Shown here: one piece after another, positions 1-13,350 of the stretch | How positions within the stretch are numbered: position 1 is the first letter of the stretch | How the letters are laid out: the number at the start of each line of letters is the position of its first letter | Origin: Balanoglossus misakiensis | Lineage: Eukaryota; Animalia; Hemichordata | DNA: 64,000 bases | NCBI GenBank assembly: GCA_040954595.2 | Contig: CM082583.2 | Location: 12,934,987-12,998,986, forward strand | Direction of reading: 5' to 3' | Made by a program: the position numbers and the translations under genes | The notes under the pieces: model-generated | The model's database searches: none | Seen by the model: the letters and a program-made list of their open reading frames with translations, nothing else | What the model was told of the DNA's origin: nothing

Positions 1-160
1 TTTTTTTCAAACAGCTTATACATAAAAAGAGACTTACTTGTCTGCTTTCTAATGATAAAATTTCATTTTTTGAATACAGAAGCAAACATAGATTCCTACA
101 AAATCCAAATACAGCTGACAAAATCAGAATTTAACAAAGCTGGTGTCACATCAATCTTAC

Positions 161-3100
161 CTTCACTGTGTCATTTTTCATGATAAAATCAAGCAGTTTC
201 TGCATCTTACGTTGACAAGATGTTCCTCTGCAAAGTGAGAAATGAAACTGCTACAATGTACCATAAAATCATTCTGATTGAATAACAAGTTTCTACATGT
301 ACATGATGTTTGTATGTCTCCAATAGATCAAGAAAACATTAGAAGCCCCATTCTCCATGATATAGATTCTCTGAGACTGAAAGAGGCTCACCTTCTCATC
401 TCATAAGTTTTCTCTTTCTTCACTTCAAGTTCCTTTGTCAGGTCTTCCGTCTCTTGTTCCTTGTCATCTTCTGACGCTTCAAGGAAGGACACATCTGAGA
501 AGGGCAAGTCGTCCATCGCCATGTGCTCATCTGATTCATCTGCCAAGTCAGGGATGTTACAGTGTCAGAGGCAAAAGTGAACAGAGCAACAATGTTACAA
601 AGCTTGAATAAAGCCTTTTCAATAAAAAACTCAATTTTTAAAAATTCAGTTGACTCTGGGAACAATATTTTTTTCTCCCAGTGCTGCCTCGATCTGCCAC
701 TTACCATCTTTGAAGTAATCCAAGGAGCTGTTTATCTCCAAAGTGCCAAGACCTGTCAGAATGAAATACACGAGTGTCATCAAATCCTCTTTTCCTTGTC
801 AGTCCTTCCCTATAGTCACACATATCCAGCTAGTCAGGATCCTACACAGAAAGTTGGGCCCACAGACACAAAATGAACAGTTCAGGCCTTCAGGTAGAGT
901 TTGGGGTCAAAGGTTAAACTTACCTCTTTTTCTGAAATAGTCATCCACTTGTTGTACGCATTCTTTGAATTTATCTGAGCCTTCACTGGCCTAACCGCGA
1001 CAAGACACAAAGAAAGCGGCATGTCAGGAATACAGAGATAGCTTAGTTCAAATTTGATGTCAATCTGATTGAAACATAATTATTGTAAACTGACAGACAA
1101 AAATTTGAGAGCATTAAAATGGTATTATCTGCTTTGAAAAAGATACCTCTTCCAGTAACGGTTGAAATACATATACTTACAATCAAACTGTCTCTTTCAG
1201 GGCAGTTATAAGGTTTTAAGTTCTTAGTACTGATACCATACCTGTGTTTGAGATGAAAATATAATATGAGGGTATTACATCGTTATAAAATAGATGACTG
1301 GCAGATTTCTTCTGATAAAGGGCGACGATCGTCTTATGCTTTGGTGTTCACAATCCGTAATCAATGCTGCAATAACTTGGCCAGTTTGCAACTATGATGT
1401 GCATCAAGCAAGGCTGTATCATTGAAACCTTGTTCATGCACTTACCCTCGTTTTCTTGTTTGTGGATATCCAATAAAATAAAGTGATGCTTTATGTTTCT
1501 TTCTATGGACAGATTTGACCTGAAAAAAGGCAAGTGGCATGTTTATAAGCTTCGGTATTGTGAAGTTAGTGTCAATGAAAATTCAAGTCTTACAGAACAT
1601 GAAACTGTCACTTACAATGGCAGGCCAAGCAGGACACTTCCCAATCCTTGCCCATACAATTTCTTCTGGTTTGAAAATACATGCTGTAGGAATGGAACAC
1701 AAAAGTATCAGATTTCTGATCATGTTAATAGTTTTCAGAGAAATCAATTTTTTTTTATAAACAATGTGGCACAGTAGAATATTCCCAGTTCTTTCAGCAC
1801 ATCATGAAACATGCAGACAAAAAAGAAACCAGCTTGTGTTTCTCTCTACCTTTTTCAGGGGTTGATGTATTTAAGACATCAGGCAAGTTGTCATCATCAT
1901 CATCGTCATCACTTAATGCAGATGACTGATAATCGTCATCATCATCAATCAAGTCCCTTTCCAAGTAACTTGGAATTCCTTTTGTCCTGGTAAGAAATTA
2001 ATATAATGAAGAGGAACTTCAAATTACATGTAACAAGGTTGTGTTACTATTTGTATAACTGTGTTGCAATCAGAATCTATTGAAGTACTGCTGAAGAGGT
2101 GGACATTGGAGTCAATATGGAGCAATATGTAAGTATAAAACTAAAAAACCCCACCTGGTATCGCCTTGTGAGTTGCTGTCCATTTTGAATAAGTTTGGGC
2201 TGGGATCTACAAAACAAGAACATTGCAAAGTGTTAAATTTAATGAACATGCAAAACCTCACACGGTCATTTTAAATTACAGCAGGGATAGGAGCAGATAC
2301 CCAAGAAGTGTGACTTCAAACACAACACGAACTATACACCACCACAGATGTGGCAGGACCCAAGTGTAGTATGCATGCTGGTACTTCTACTGGAACAGAG
2401 TTACAAACAGTTTAACGAGATGACATTATAACCCCTACTGACCAATAGATAGATTATAGTCACACCTCACCTTGGTGGAGATCATTGCACGGGGACACCA
2501 TTTCCAAGCTATCCATGCTCTCATCAAATGATGGGAAAGCTGGTCTTGGATCAGCTGATCTGTTGTTTGAAGTTCTGACAGTCTTGCATTTCTTGACTTT
2601 TGATGACCTGGCATTGTCAGCGTCTGTTTTGCTTTTCCTTTTACCTTTTTGCTTTGGTTGAGTTGCTGGGTCACTTTCACTGACATGTTTCTGTTTCTTT
2701 GATACGTTCTGTTTTGCATTCCTCGGCCGCCTGCTTTTGGCCGGAACAGACTTGCTTCTTGATCTACTCTGCTGTTCATTCACACCTGCACCAGATCTCC
2801 TACCTCCCGTCTCCATAGTGACATCTCTGGTGCCATCATCCGACTTTCTTCCATCATAACCTCGCAGACTTCTCCTTCTCCGCTTTGAATCATCTTGACA
2901 ACCATCAGCCTCAAATCCATCACCTGCAGTGTCCTGATCGACATGACTGTTCACTCTGATACCAGGTTTTGTTGCGTCACTCTGATCCTCCAAACCAATT
3001 GCACACGGTACTTCACTGGTCTCAGAAGCCTGCAAAGCATTACTCTTTGGCACTGTGAGCGTTTTCTTGTCGTGGTCGAGACCATGGTCAAGTTCAAATG

Positions 3101-4280
3101 ATGTTCTTTTCCGCCCTTGTGGCAGTCTGCTTTGGCAGTCCTCGAGAAGTGCACTTTTGTCACCACCACAAATGCCCAAACTCGCCCCTATTGGTGTGGT
3201 TCCTTTGGCAGTCAGTGTTCTGGTTAAGCTTCCTTCTGGCTGATCACACATCCCTTGTGTTTCTACTCCTTTGTTTGACCACGATCTACCTCTTTGTAGT
3301 GGCATTTCTTTAACACCGTCCTCCTTTTGGGTGACACTTTGTTCTAGTGTTGGTGACTCGCTCTGTGCTTTCACACCAGCTTGGCAAGTTTCACTGGCAA
3401 TGTGTCTCCCAGATCTGGCATGATCTCTCTTCACAGCATTTCTACCCACACCCATGCACTCTTTTCCGCTATGCTCTGCATCTACACCAGGATCTGACTG
3501 AACCAGACCTGCCATCTCATCACCAGCATTGGTGTTTTCATCTGTTTTGAGCTGAGTTGTACATGTAGAATTCTGCTCGAGTTGGGCTGTCCCCTGTCCT
3601 GGCTGCTCTGTCCCTTCTCCGGTCGTTTGGTCAATACTCTGCAAGTGCCGTTGGCCTGTGCAGTCCACACTTGCATCAACCATTACTTTAGCTGAGTCGC
3701 GCGAAACACCCAAATCTTTTCCGCTTTTGTCTACTGTTTTATCATCAAATGCATTTGCCAGGTCAGTATTTCCACTGTTTGGTGCTTGTGAATTAGAGGT
3801 TTGCTCAGCAGTGTCATCGTCAATCCCCGAATTCTGATCAGCTTTGTCAGTTCCTTTGGCATCAGAAGCATTTTCGTTCGTAGCCACACATACACTGTTG
3901 GCTACCTGCTCCTCTGTATCCGAATCCGAAATATGTGAAATCAATTTGTCTTTGCTGTTGTTGTGATGATCCAATTTCTCAAGAGCTGCTCTGTCCGGTT
4001 GGGTGCCTCTCTGAATGGTACCTTTCTTGGCTCCAAAAAACATGTAACAGCCTGATCTTTCATACTTGGATGTTACCCTTTTCCGTGGGCTCCTTCGAAT
4101 AGCTTGCTCTTTGACAGGTTCATCCGACACTTCCTGCTGTCCTTGTTCAGACTGTTGTGGGCTGTTGTGAATATCGTCTGCATGGAGATCCTCATTATGA
4201 TCGGATTCTGTGGCCACTACACCAAGAGTCGGATCAGTGTTACCCTGTGCGGAATCAAGCCTTTCAACAACTTCAGACAT
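161..4280 (-). CDS. PWWP3A: PWWP3A/MUM1 (EXPAND1)-like PWWP-domain chromatin protein; multi-exon, 3' end probably beyond the left edge
   Basis: A large low-complexity exon (4280-2471, MSEVVERL...) is followed by small GT-AG exons that splice in frame: DDDDDNLPDVL (~1850-1987), FKPEEIVWARIGKCPAWPAI (~1617-1683, PWWP core as PAWP), VKSVHRKKHKASLYFIG (~1446-1519), YGISTKNLKPYNCPERDSLI (~1180-1241), KFKECVQQVDDYFRKR (~924-991), GLGTLEINSSLDYFKD (~705-751) and QRKMQKLLDFIMK (161-227). The order and residues parallel MUM1 as recalled (VWHK..PFWPAVVKSVRQRDKKASVLYIEG..SLKSLKHFDC..NQKLVEYIVK). Confidence 0.8.
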
Positions 4281-5455
4281 GGTCACATTTCATCGCTTTC
4301 AGCAGAACTGCAATAAGAATGTCTGCCCATTATAATATGCTTCAATATGAATGCAAAACCAATGCATTGACTTGAATAGTAAATGTAGTGGACCGGTGAA
4401 CCTTACTGATGCAAAGGCAACCCAAGTGCGAAGAAACCATCCTGATGAGGCATTGCTCTAGTCAGGCAGATCACCCCCTGCACTCGGGCTATTGACCTTT
4501 CAAAACAACTAAATCAAACTGTTCAAAAGTAGATGTGTACATGTAGTACTGATAAAACTAACCATTCTTGGCAAAGGTGAGCAGGTTTTTCAACACATTT
4601 TCTCAACGTGACTTATTTCAGGGATATGAATAAAAAAAATCTCCATGAACAAATATTTAGAACTTGAGTTACTGAACTCAGCTCCCAAGCTACTACATGT
4701 AGCTGCAGATCAGAAGTTCGAGGTTTTGCCTTGGTTTGTGTGTAGTACATGTATCACTAATTAAATTGATTTGCAACATAAACTGTTAAACACACCAAAT
4801 ATCCCTACGGCTCAGGACTATATCGGTTGCATACTTCCTCATAGTTGTGGGCGTATGTCACTTACTAGAAAATAATTGACGCAAAGTGATGTTTACGTTT
4901 CTTCCAGGCTCGCCAGGTTCTGAATTACACCTCATACATCTGAAGATATAACTTCCGGGTCATGGCATATTTCATTTGCTGAAATTGGATTCCCCGCGCG
5001 CGACGAACACAGAAACCAATAACAACAGTAAGGTGCCATCATAGACCATCAAGAAATGGTGTCATATATTCAAAAATGCTCTTATAAAAAAATTCATGAT
5101 TGTCAATGGGTTAAATTTTGACTGATACTTCACTGTTTCTCGTCAAAATTTATGCCCCTGCACAACTTACCTATTATCAAATGGTACATACCATGGGGTT
5201 TCCCCGCGGCCGCATCCATATAATTATAAACAGGCTGTGTCTGTATCATGTATATTACATGTATGACTTTGTGATGTGTCATCACTATTTTTGTGCCAAA
5301 CACAACAAAAGCCACATGTTGCTTCTGTGATTCGTACTTGAGTGGTTTGCTCGCCTCGCCATAAGGTCTAAATAAGTTTGAAAGCAGAGTCCTCAGTCGT
5401 GTGATACTGATAGTCTACTGTTGCAGTTCACCAAGGAAGAAGACCGTCGTAAATA

Positions 5456-8400
5456 ATGGCTGCTCCCGGCCCCTGGCCCAACGAAGAAAGCAAGTTCAGG
5501 AAGCGTACGTCCAGCTACGGGTTGCACTTGAATCTGGCAGCTGTAGACGAGGTTGAAGTGGAGGGCAAAGAATTATTCCAGGCATTTTTGACGAGTGAGA
5601 TTCGAAGGGAGGGTTTGATGGAACCAGAAATATTGACTCCATACGTGATGCCTGATGATGTCATACCCAGTGGCATACCGAACGGTGGGGACACCTCAAG
5701 TCGGTAAGTTTCGATTCGTTTGTTCTATTGTTATACTATAGTAGAGCTTGATCAGATACGTCCACAGTTTAATCTATAGCATTCTATAGATTCTGACATT
5801 TCCATATATTTCCTAGAAATTGCAATGCTTGGTTTAACATGTGCAGGTGGTTAACAGATTAAAGAGTTCAACAATCGAACAGAACTTGTCTGAACATGCT
5901 AGCCAAGGATCAGTAGTGTTTGGTATTCCCCAACTGACATTATGGGATCATGGATGTGACAAAGTGGGTCAGTGAGGATGTGAAAGTTTATTTCTTATGA
6001 TGGTACTTAGTAACAGTTGCTATGCAGTGGTGATGTCATCATCATCTACTAACGTCACATATACAGTAAAGGGTGGTGACATGATGTTGCAATATGTTGG
6101 TCCTGAGAAAAAAGTATTCATCTGTAAAATCTTGTCCCTCTTAGAATGAGGTCATCTGTAAATATATAATTAAACTGGTGAAAAATTGATCATTGATTCG
6201 AATTCTGGTCAGATAATAGTCAGTTTGCAATGTTTTGGACAGCTGCCAAGAGAAGGGACTCTGAAGTGTATTGGGCAATTTGGCCATGACCTCACCAACA
6301 GTCTAGTGTCATGGCAACCAGAAGACTTGATCATGAAACAGTGCAATCCATTGGGTTTTACCCCCAAAGAAAATGTTGTAATGGCCAGATTGCCTGATTA
6401 TTGTTGGTCACTGCAAACTGATAGTGATACAAAAATAACACTTATCCAGAATTTCAGTTGGGGATGACCCAAGGTGCACATCTATTTAAAGAAATCGTGT
6501 GTAATGACACAGCAGGTGTAAGCTTGATTCTTATGACTGTGTTGCTATTTTATATTCAAATTTGAAGCAAGTCACGGTGCCAGAATTGTCCGAGCAGTAG
6601 TCATTCAGTGCTGATCCCCTCTGACAAGAAGACAATATGTGTTTCAGTTGGCAGATGAGAAAATTAATTATGTTGTAAGCTAGTTTTGTTACTTCTGCAT
6701 CAGATTCTCACTAAATATTTCAAAGACAGTTTCCAAACATCAGAGCACTTGCACTAAAGTGCTGTTATTTGTAGAAAGGGAGAATTATTTTAAGTTTTTA
6801 ATGGTTGTATTTTGCTTATTCCACTACAGGACGCCTGTCTCGGGAGTGAATTCACCAGCCTCGGAATTCTACAACAATCCAGTGTGGGCACGGACTGGCA
6901 AAGAGCTTCGTCAACTGGCCGACACCTTCTCCACAACCAAAGAACGAGAAGAAGTCAGACAGAAAGCTAGAGGGGTGAGTTTCAGGAAGATGCATTTCAA
7001 TTTCCGACCCTCCCTGCAAGATCACTACAGTCCTTGGAAAGTTATGAAAAATCTAGAAAAAATTGCCAGTCAGAATACATTAACTGTTTTTAAAAAAAAA
7101 TATCTTTCAAAAAAGAAGTTTGACGTGAAAGGGGAGGAAAACGGAAATAACTGAATTGCCCTGTTATTGGACTTACTGGTCAATTGATTTCAAATTTGGT
7201 AGATTGCCAAGAACACCTGGGTGTACCTGACACTCATTTTCACGGTTACATCACCACCAGGGTTAGTCTGATCTCCTGGCAAAAACACCTGCTTGAAAAC
7301 CAAACAAACAAGTTCTATTTTTGGCAAATTACCTGTGTGTCACCCACGCAAACAGCAGGTCTATCCTAAGGCTAATCTAATTTAAGGCCTGTGTCACGGT
7401 GACCTAGGAAGGTAAATGTAGGGCTCCTGGAATCACAAAAAAACAAGTGTGAATGTCACTTGGCGATGATCTCATTTTGCAGTTGGAAATGTAGAAATGA
7501 TGACCATATAAGGAAATAAAATTCAGTTTCAGTATACTGGTGTGGGGACATGGCACAAAGAAAGTGAGTCATTGAATGATACTATCAGTAAGGCAGATCA
7601 TTAAAGGGTGACCAATATCAGAATTATTTCAACAATATTTATGGCATAATCTTTTGTGCAACAACATTCCCTCAGAGAAAGAAGTTGGCAAACCCCATAA
7701 ATCTTGATACTGGTACACTTCTTTCAACCTTTGCCCCAGACAGTCTGGTAAACCCCTGGCTTGTTTTGCCAAAATGTATCAGGTCAATGATACCATCTCA
7801 GACAGGTGTTGGTACAATGACAATGCAAGGCACACTGTGGTGTAAGAAATTCTTGGAAATCAACATGCACACAACAGGGTCGACAGTGCAGACAGGCAGG
7901 ATAATAGGGGCTTTCCACCGAAGTGTCCCGTCTGTTTTGAAAGTGCAGAATTAGGGTCTTTTCAAATCGTTTGCTCCAAAGAATTGAAATGCTCATTAAT
8001 TTTGACCAGTGTTGCTGACAGCTGAAAGTTGAAAGGCATTAAAATCTTTTCTTTTCTTTCCTATTTTTCAGTTATCTATGAACCAGGAATTCACATACGA
8101 CCAATTTCAAGACCTTCTTTCCACTCTGTTTTCCCGCGGGATCACAAGGGAAAGGATTGTCGTGCTGTTTTTCTTCTGCAGTGATGTGGCCATCATGATG
8201 TTGACAAGACACATGGCAGACTGGTTTCAGCGAGTTCTCCGGTGGTCGTTGCGATTCATTAGTGATAAGGTCTGCTCATGGGTGCGAGAACATGGTGGAT
8301 GGGTAGGTTGAAAATCAACATTATGTTTTTGTTGGAAGTAATTAATACTGCAGAAGATGGCTGGACATGCATTTGTTAAAATCAAGCAATGATTGCATTT

Positions 8401-8529
8401 CTGTTTGTCTCAACTTTGCAGGAGGCGGTTGTTCATGGAACATCAAGATACACAGCAGTGGCTTGCCTGGTTGTTGCAGCCGTCGTTCTTGGATGGATGT
8501 GGATGAAGAAGAGATCATCTGCAAGCTAA
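5456..8529 (+). CDS. Multi-domain Bcl-2 family protein, Bax-like (BH3-BH1-BH2-TM), 4 exons
   Basis: Exons 5456-5703, ~6830-6974 (BH3 GKELRQLADTF), ~8072-8302 (BH1-like LFSRGITRERIVVLFFF; BH2 SWVREHGGW) and 8422-8529 (tail anchor TAVACLVVAAVVLGWMWMKKR, TAA at 8527-8529). Splice sites are canonical. Confidence 0.9.
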
Positions 8530-9708
8530 GTGTGCTGCTAAATTTCTCGCAACTGTTGACAGCTATGAGTGATTTAATGATGAACCCAAATTCAAGTCTG
8601 TTGCCTTCTCTTGAGGAATTCACAATTGATATAAAATTATAAGCACGCTGCCACAAGGAGAAATACTTATTTTTTTCTAAATTTTAAAATGAAAACTTAT
8701 TAAACAGACAGTAAAACTTAGAAGTGAAGTGATAGTCAACTTAAAGAAACTTTGAATGTTAAGAAAGGCTGAATGTGATGTGATTTTCGAACTCAGTAGA
8801 CTAGCATAAATACCAAATTTTTAGTCCAAGAATTTTTTTATGTATGCTGCTGGCAGTATATTTTTTTTTGCCTAGTTTTCAGATAATTGATGTTTAAATT
8901 CTTTCTTGAATTGCTATGGATCTAGATGTTGATTGCTTCAGTTTTATTGCCAATAATTGTGAGCCAAAATTGTTGTTGAATTCCTAGAATGTAATGCATT
9001 TTTTTTACACTGCCGTGACATGGCCTGCCACCTATTGGAATTTAAAAACATATTTATGTATCCAAAGCTTTTGAATTTTGTTATAATTTATTTCTTGTGT
9101 TTTATGCAAGACTGACCAAAGTAAACCTTTTATGAGAGAGTCTTCTCAAGTCTTCATGAGTCAGCATTAGATTGCAGTTCATTGTGTTAGAATGACTGAA
9201 TTCTTTATCATGTCACATTTAACTCTTCTACTTATCAGCACTTGCTGCAATCATTTAGCCATGTGTGACAACCTCAGTAGAATGAAATCTTTAGAAATAT
9301 ATATTTAAAAGCTCTTGAATATATCAAGTTTGTATGTAGACACCAGTATTAATACTATCAGGAATTGATCTAGGAAAATAACAGAAAAATTATACTTTTC
9401 TACTGTCTATTTTTCCTTTCCTCAGAATTCAAAAATTTGTACTTTTTTGAAGTCCCCTGAAATTGTACTTAGAGACATTCCAATCGAAATCAGTGTTTTG
9501 TAGATGATTTTATACACAAGTGAATAAAGTTGCGATAAAAGTGAAGAAGTATCCTTGTGAGTTTTTGAAACATACATGTACAAATGAGACATGTTCCAAA
9601 CATGTAGGTTAATCATTTGCTGACAGTCTTCCAGTTCAAAATTCCGTACCTTTAAAATCCATAATGACATCTTATAAATATGTAAATTTCATTCCGATTT
9701 GCGCTCTA

Positions 9709-12083
9709 TCACACACTTCCCTCAAATATAAGTTCAAGGGCGGCCTGTACATCTCCACCAGTTGCCTGTAATGCCCGGATGCTCCTTTCGTCGTCGGAAA
9801 TGCCCATTTCTCGGAGTTGCTGCAGCTGAGCCTGAAACAGACAAGCAATGTAAAGGTACAATGTAAAGCTGGACAAGCACACACACAGAAACGGGGGTGA
9901 AAAAGCTTTCACGTTTTGAGAACAGCATCACACGTGAGCACTTCACTACTAGAACAGGTGGTCATTCCACTCACCTGTAGCTGTGGGGACCTCTGGGCAC
10001 TGGCAGCTTGACTCGTGCCTGGGCTTGTACCTGTGCCTGTGCCGGCCATGGCTTGGGCGATGGCTTGACTGAAGAGATCCACGGTGATTGCTCTCCTGGG
10101 TGCGGCCGTCTGGCCTGAGCTGGTCGACGCCTGGCCTGAGCTGCTGGTTGATGCCTGTGCTTGATTGCCACTGTTGCTGACCCCTGCTGTTGCTAGTGCT
10201 GCTGACAGCTGGGCTGATGTGATGGTCTGTGTGGATGTTGTCTGTTGACTTCTTCTGCGGCTGGGAGTCTGGTGGTGACAAGACATGCAAAACGCACAAG
10301 TGAAACAATGGATGTGAAGTATCATGTGACCAATACATTGAATAGAGTGATCCAATGTCAAAAAGAGTCTTCAAGATAATGGGAAAGATATCAGATTTTC
10401 AATTGGAAAGAAGCCTTTCAGTTCAAACACTTACCACATCTACTTCCATTTCATCATCAGAATCAGCAGCTGGTGGTGGAAAATTAAAAGTTGGTAAATT
10501 CACAGGAGCAACGAACATAACTGCTTTGAGAATGGAGCTGGCAAATGAAAAGACTATGACCAGTCATCACAAATACAATGACTGCATCAGACAACACTCA
10601 GAGATTGATTACCTCCTTGCTCATTTGCAGTGTCTTCGTTGACTGCAGCAGCCAGATGCAGTGCAGCTTGTCCCAGGGCTGGATGAGCTCGTACAATTCT
10701 GAAACAAAGTGCGGCAAAAATAAAACCAAAATCTACCACATTTCACTCAGCTTTCACCAATTGTTGCCAACAAAACAAACCTATTGAGTTAAATCCAATG
10801 CAGATACACAAACTTCAGCACTTATATGCTACTTACTTGTGAACCATCTTTGGATCCGCTAACTGTATTAAAAGTTCAGGATCCTGTAACATGGCTGACA
10901 TGAAAGGAAAGAAAAAGCATAAGAAGCTGAATATATTATACACTCAAAGACAAAGTACCTGTAACAAAATACACAAATGAAACAAAATATTTTTTGTCAG
11001 CTTTATCAGTGCTGTTCTGGAAGAAACTGTTCTTCAAGTTGTTGCATGTGGACCATGAAAATGCATGTAGTGCCAAGACTCACCTAGTGCTTGTGGGTCT
11101 GTCTGTAAGCATGGTGTGGCTGCTATTACATTGTCTAACATTTCTCGATTGGTTAATATCTTCAGAACCTATAACAACACGAAAATATGATCACAAATGT
11201 AAATAAAACTCAAGTGGAAGAACAAAACTATGAATATGAGAGACGATACGTCTTCACCAAGTTGAGACATATCCAGACGACATGAGAAAACCGGCAAGTC
11301 AGTATGGCAATGATTGAGAACCCGTGGGTAACCTTTGAAATTTGTCTGGTGTTTTTATGGTGAAACACAGATGCTAGCAAGGAATCAAGAATTTACATTA
11401 ATATTTCAAAAAAGAAAAAACCCAAGTATTAACTGTTATACTCACTGTAGTTCTTTGAGTGGGATTGATCAATGCTGCATGGAGGGCAGTTAGTAGCTGC
11501 TGTATAGACTCTGCGTTCATCGGTTCTGTAGAACAAAACAATTCAATGAAAAAGTGAATAAAAGTTTTTTATCCATCTTATCAAATATCATGGTAATTTC
11601 CACCACTGAATGTGATTCTTGATGTAGCAGGGGAGTTCATTCAACCATTGCATCCAAAGGATCATATGTGCCTGAGTGTACTCACCAGCTTCCATTATGC
11701 GCTCTGTTTCCTTCTTCCTAAGTGCATGAACTGTGACACCAGGTGTAATGCCGTAACTCTGCAGCGAGTTTTCGTCTCTCAGGCATCGCCCACAGTATAT
11801 CAAGTCTATAGTTATAAAATTTAATATATTCATTATAAATTCAGTCGGGACAAAACAGTAAACAATAACAGCCATCTTGATGAACCGAGTCATGCATGGT
11901 CATGATGTTCATGCCCTTATTAATAACAGAAATAAAACATTTACCAAACTCAGAAACACCCAGTGAGATTTGCTCTGCGACTATACTCTTCAAGTGATCA
12001 ACATTCTTCGAAAATTCGACACCGTCCAGTAAAACTCGTCCTGGTTTCTCGGGAAATTTCACAGACACTCTGTTTGCTGCCAT
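9709..12083 (-). CDS. UBL7: Ubiquitin-like protein 7 (UBL-UBA)
   Basis: N-terminal ubiquitin-like domain ([40 protein letters not shown]), central [11 protein letters not shown] and [14 protein letters not shown] segments typical of UBL7, and a C-terminal UBA ([34 protein letters not shown]). Multiple small GT-AG exons. Confidence 0.88.
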
Positions 12084-13350
12084 TTTGTTCTATGACCTAT
12101 GACCTAAGGTCAAACACGGCGCCCTCTAGAGAGGTCAAGCTGTAGCTGCACCTGCGCAGAACAGTTTCTTCCTCATGTTAGTACAGAGATCTTGCAGGCC
12201 GGAGTGCCGTTTTGGAGCTCTGGCTAACCCACGGAAAAGCGCTGTGGGTTAACCCTGACTGGTTAATATTGCACTCAGAACTTGAACCAAGCAGTTTTTA
12301 TGGCTGTGTATTCTGCTGGTTTGAAGTTGCTCGCCAAGTGAAAAAAAAACCAGCCCTGCGAGTACAATGTACTTTCATTGTGTGCAGATGGTGACACCTT
12401 AGTCATATCATGGATCTTTAAGTTTACGGTCCATGGTTCTTCCGACTTCACATGTCAGAATGGTGAGCTACCTTGACCGCACCGTTCGCGATGCATGTCA
12501 AGTGTAAAGGCTGGTCCTCTTGCTCATTGTTAGGCGGTGAAAACGGCGTGACTTTGGTCTTCAAGCCATCTGCAACACATACATCAAACTGAGACTTGAG
12601 CTTGATGACCCACTACAGGATTTATTGTAGTGTGGGCCTGCTTGGTCTCATACATTTCTCTCTAGTTGAAGTAGTATGCTTGTTTTATTAGTAAGGGTAT
12701 TCTGGGCGATTCATTAAATTATACTTCAGATTTATTCAAATGATGGCAAAGTTGATATTTTGTATTTTCTATCAGACAATAAATGCTCAGAATCCACTTG
12801 TATTGTGTCTGTCTGTCCACTGTAAAAACACCATTTTGGAAATCTTTGGATCGAGTGATTGATTTAGATAAAGTTCTATAATGCGTCCTTTCGCACGTTT
12901 CGAGAGGAAACTACTGCCCAGGCTACCCCTGTTATATTCCAAATACCTGTCTAATTATGTGGAGAGCCTGGCTATCATTTAGTGCAAGTGAAAGGTGCAG
13001 GTATGTACATGCATATATAAACAGCAGTGTTTTGTTTCTTACCGAGACAAGAGAAGATAAGGCAACAACCTTTCCAGCAATAAAGCTTTCTCGTCATCTT
13101 TTCACGGTTTGTCGTCTTTCTATACAAATAATGTGTTGTTTGTTTGATCGAAGCACCCCCTAGGCATATATTTATTTGTTTCATCTAATTTAAGACATTG
13201 TGAATATTGCTCAGAGTCACTTCTAATTAGTTTTTAGCAAGCCTAGGGAGCCCTTTTGCCATAATACCAATATGCAATGAAAACATACAAATTACATATT
13301 AATACACTTGCATATGATATTTACATTCTTGTCTATACGCGCACGAAAAC

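Noticed and set aside
38-95. Possible next PWWP3-like exon (TTTGTAG|GAATCT...CAA|GTAAGT on the minus strand)
   Set aside because: In the expected phase it reads ESMFASVFKK* with a stop right after an A6 run. It could be a homopolymer error, a pseudo-exon or a true end, and cannot be resolved without reads.
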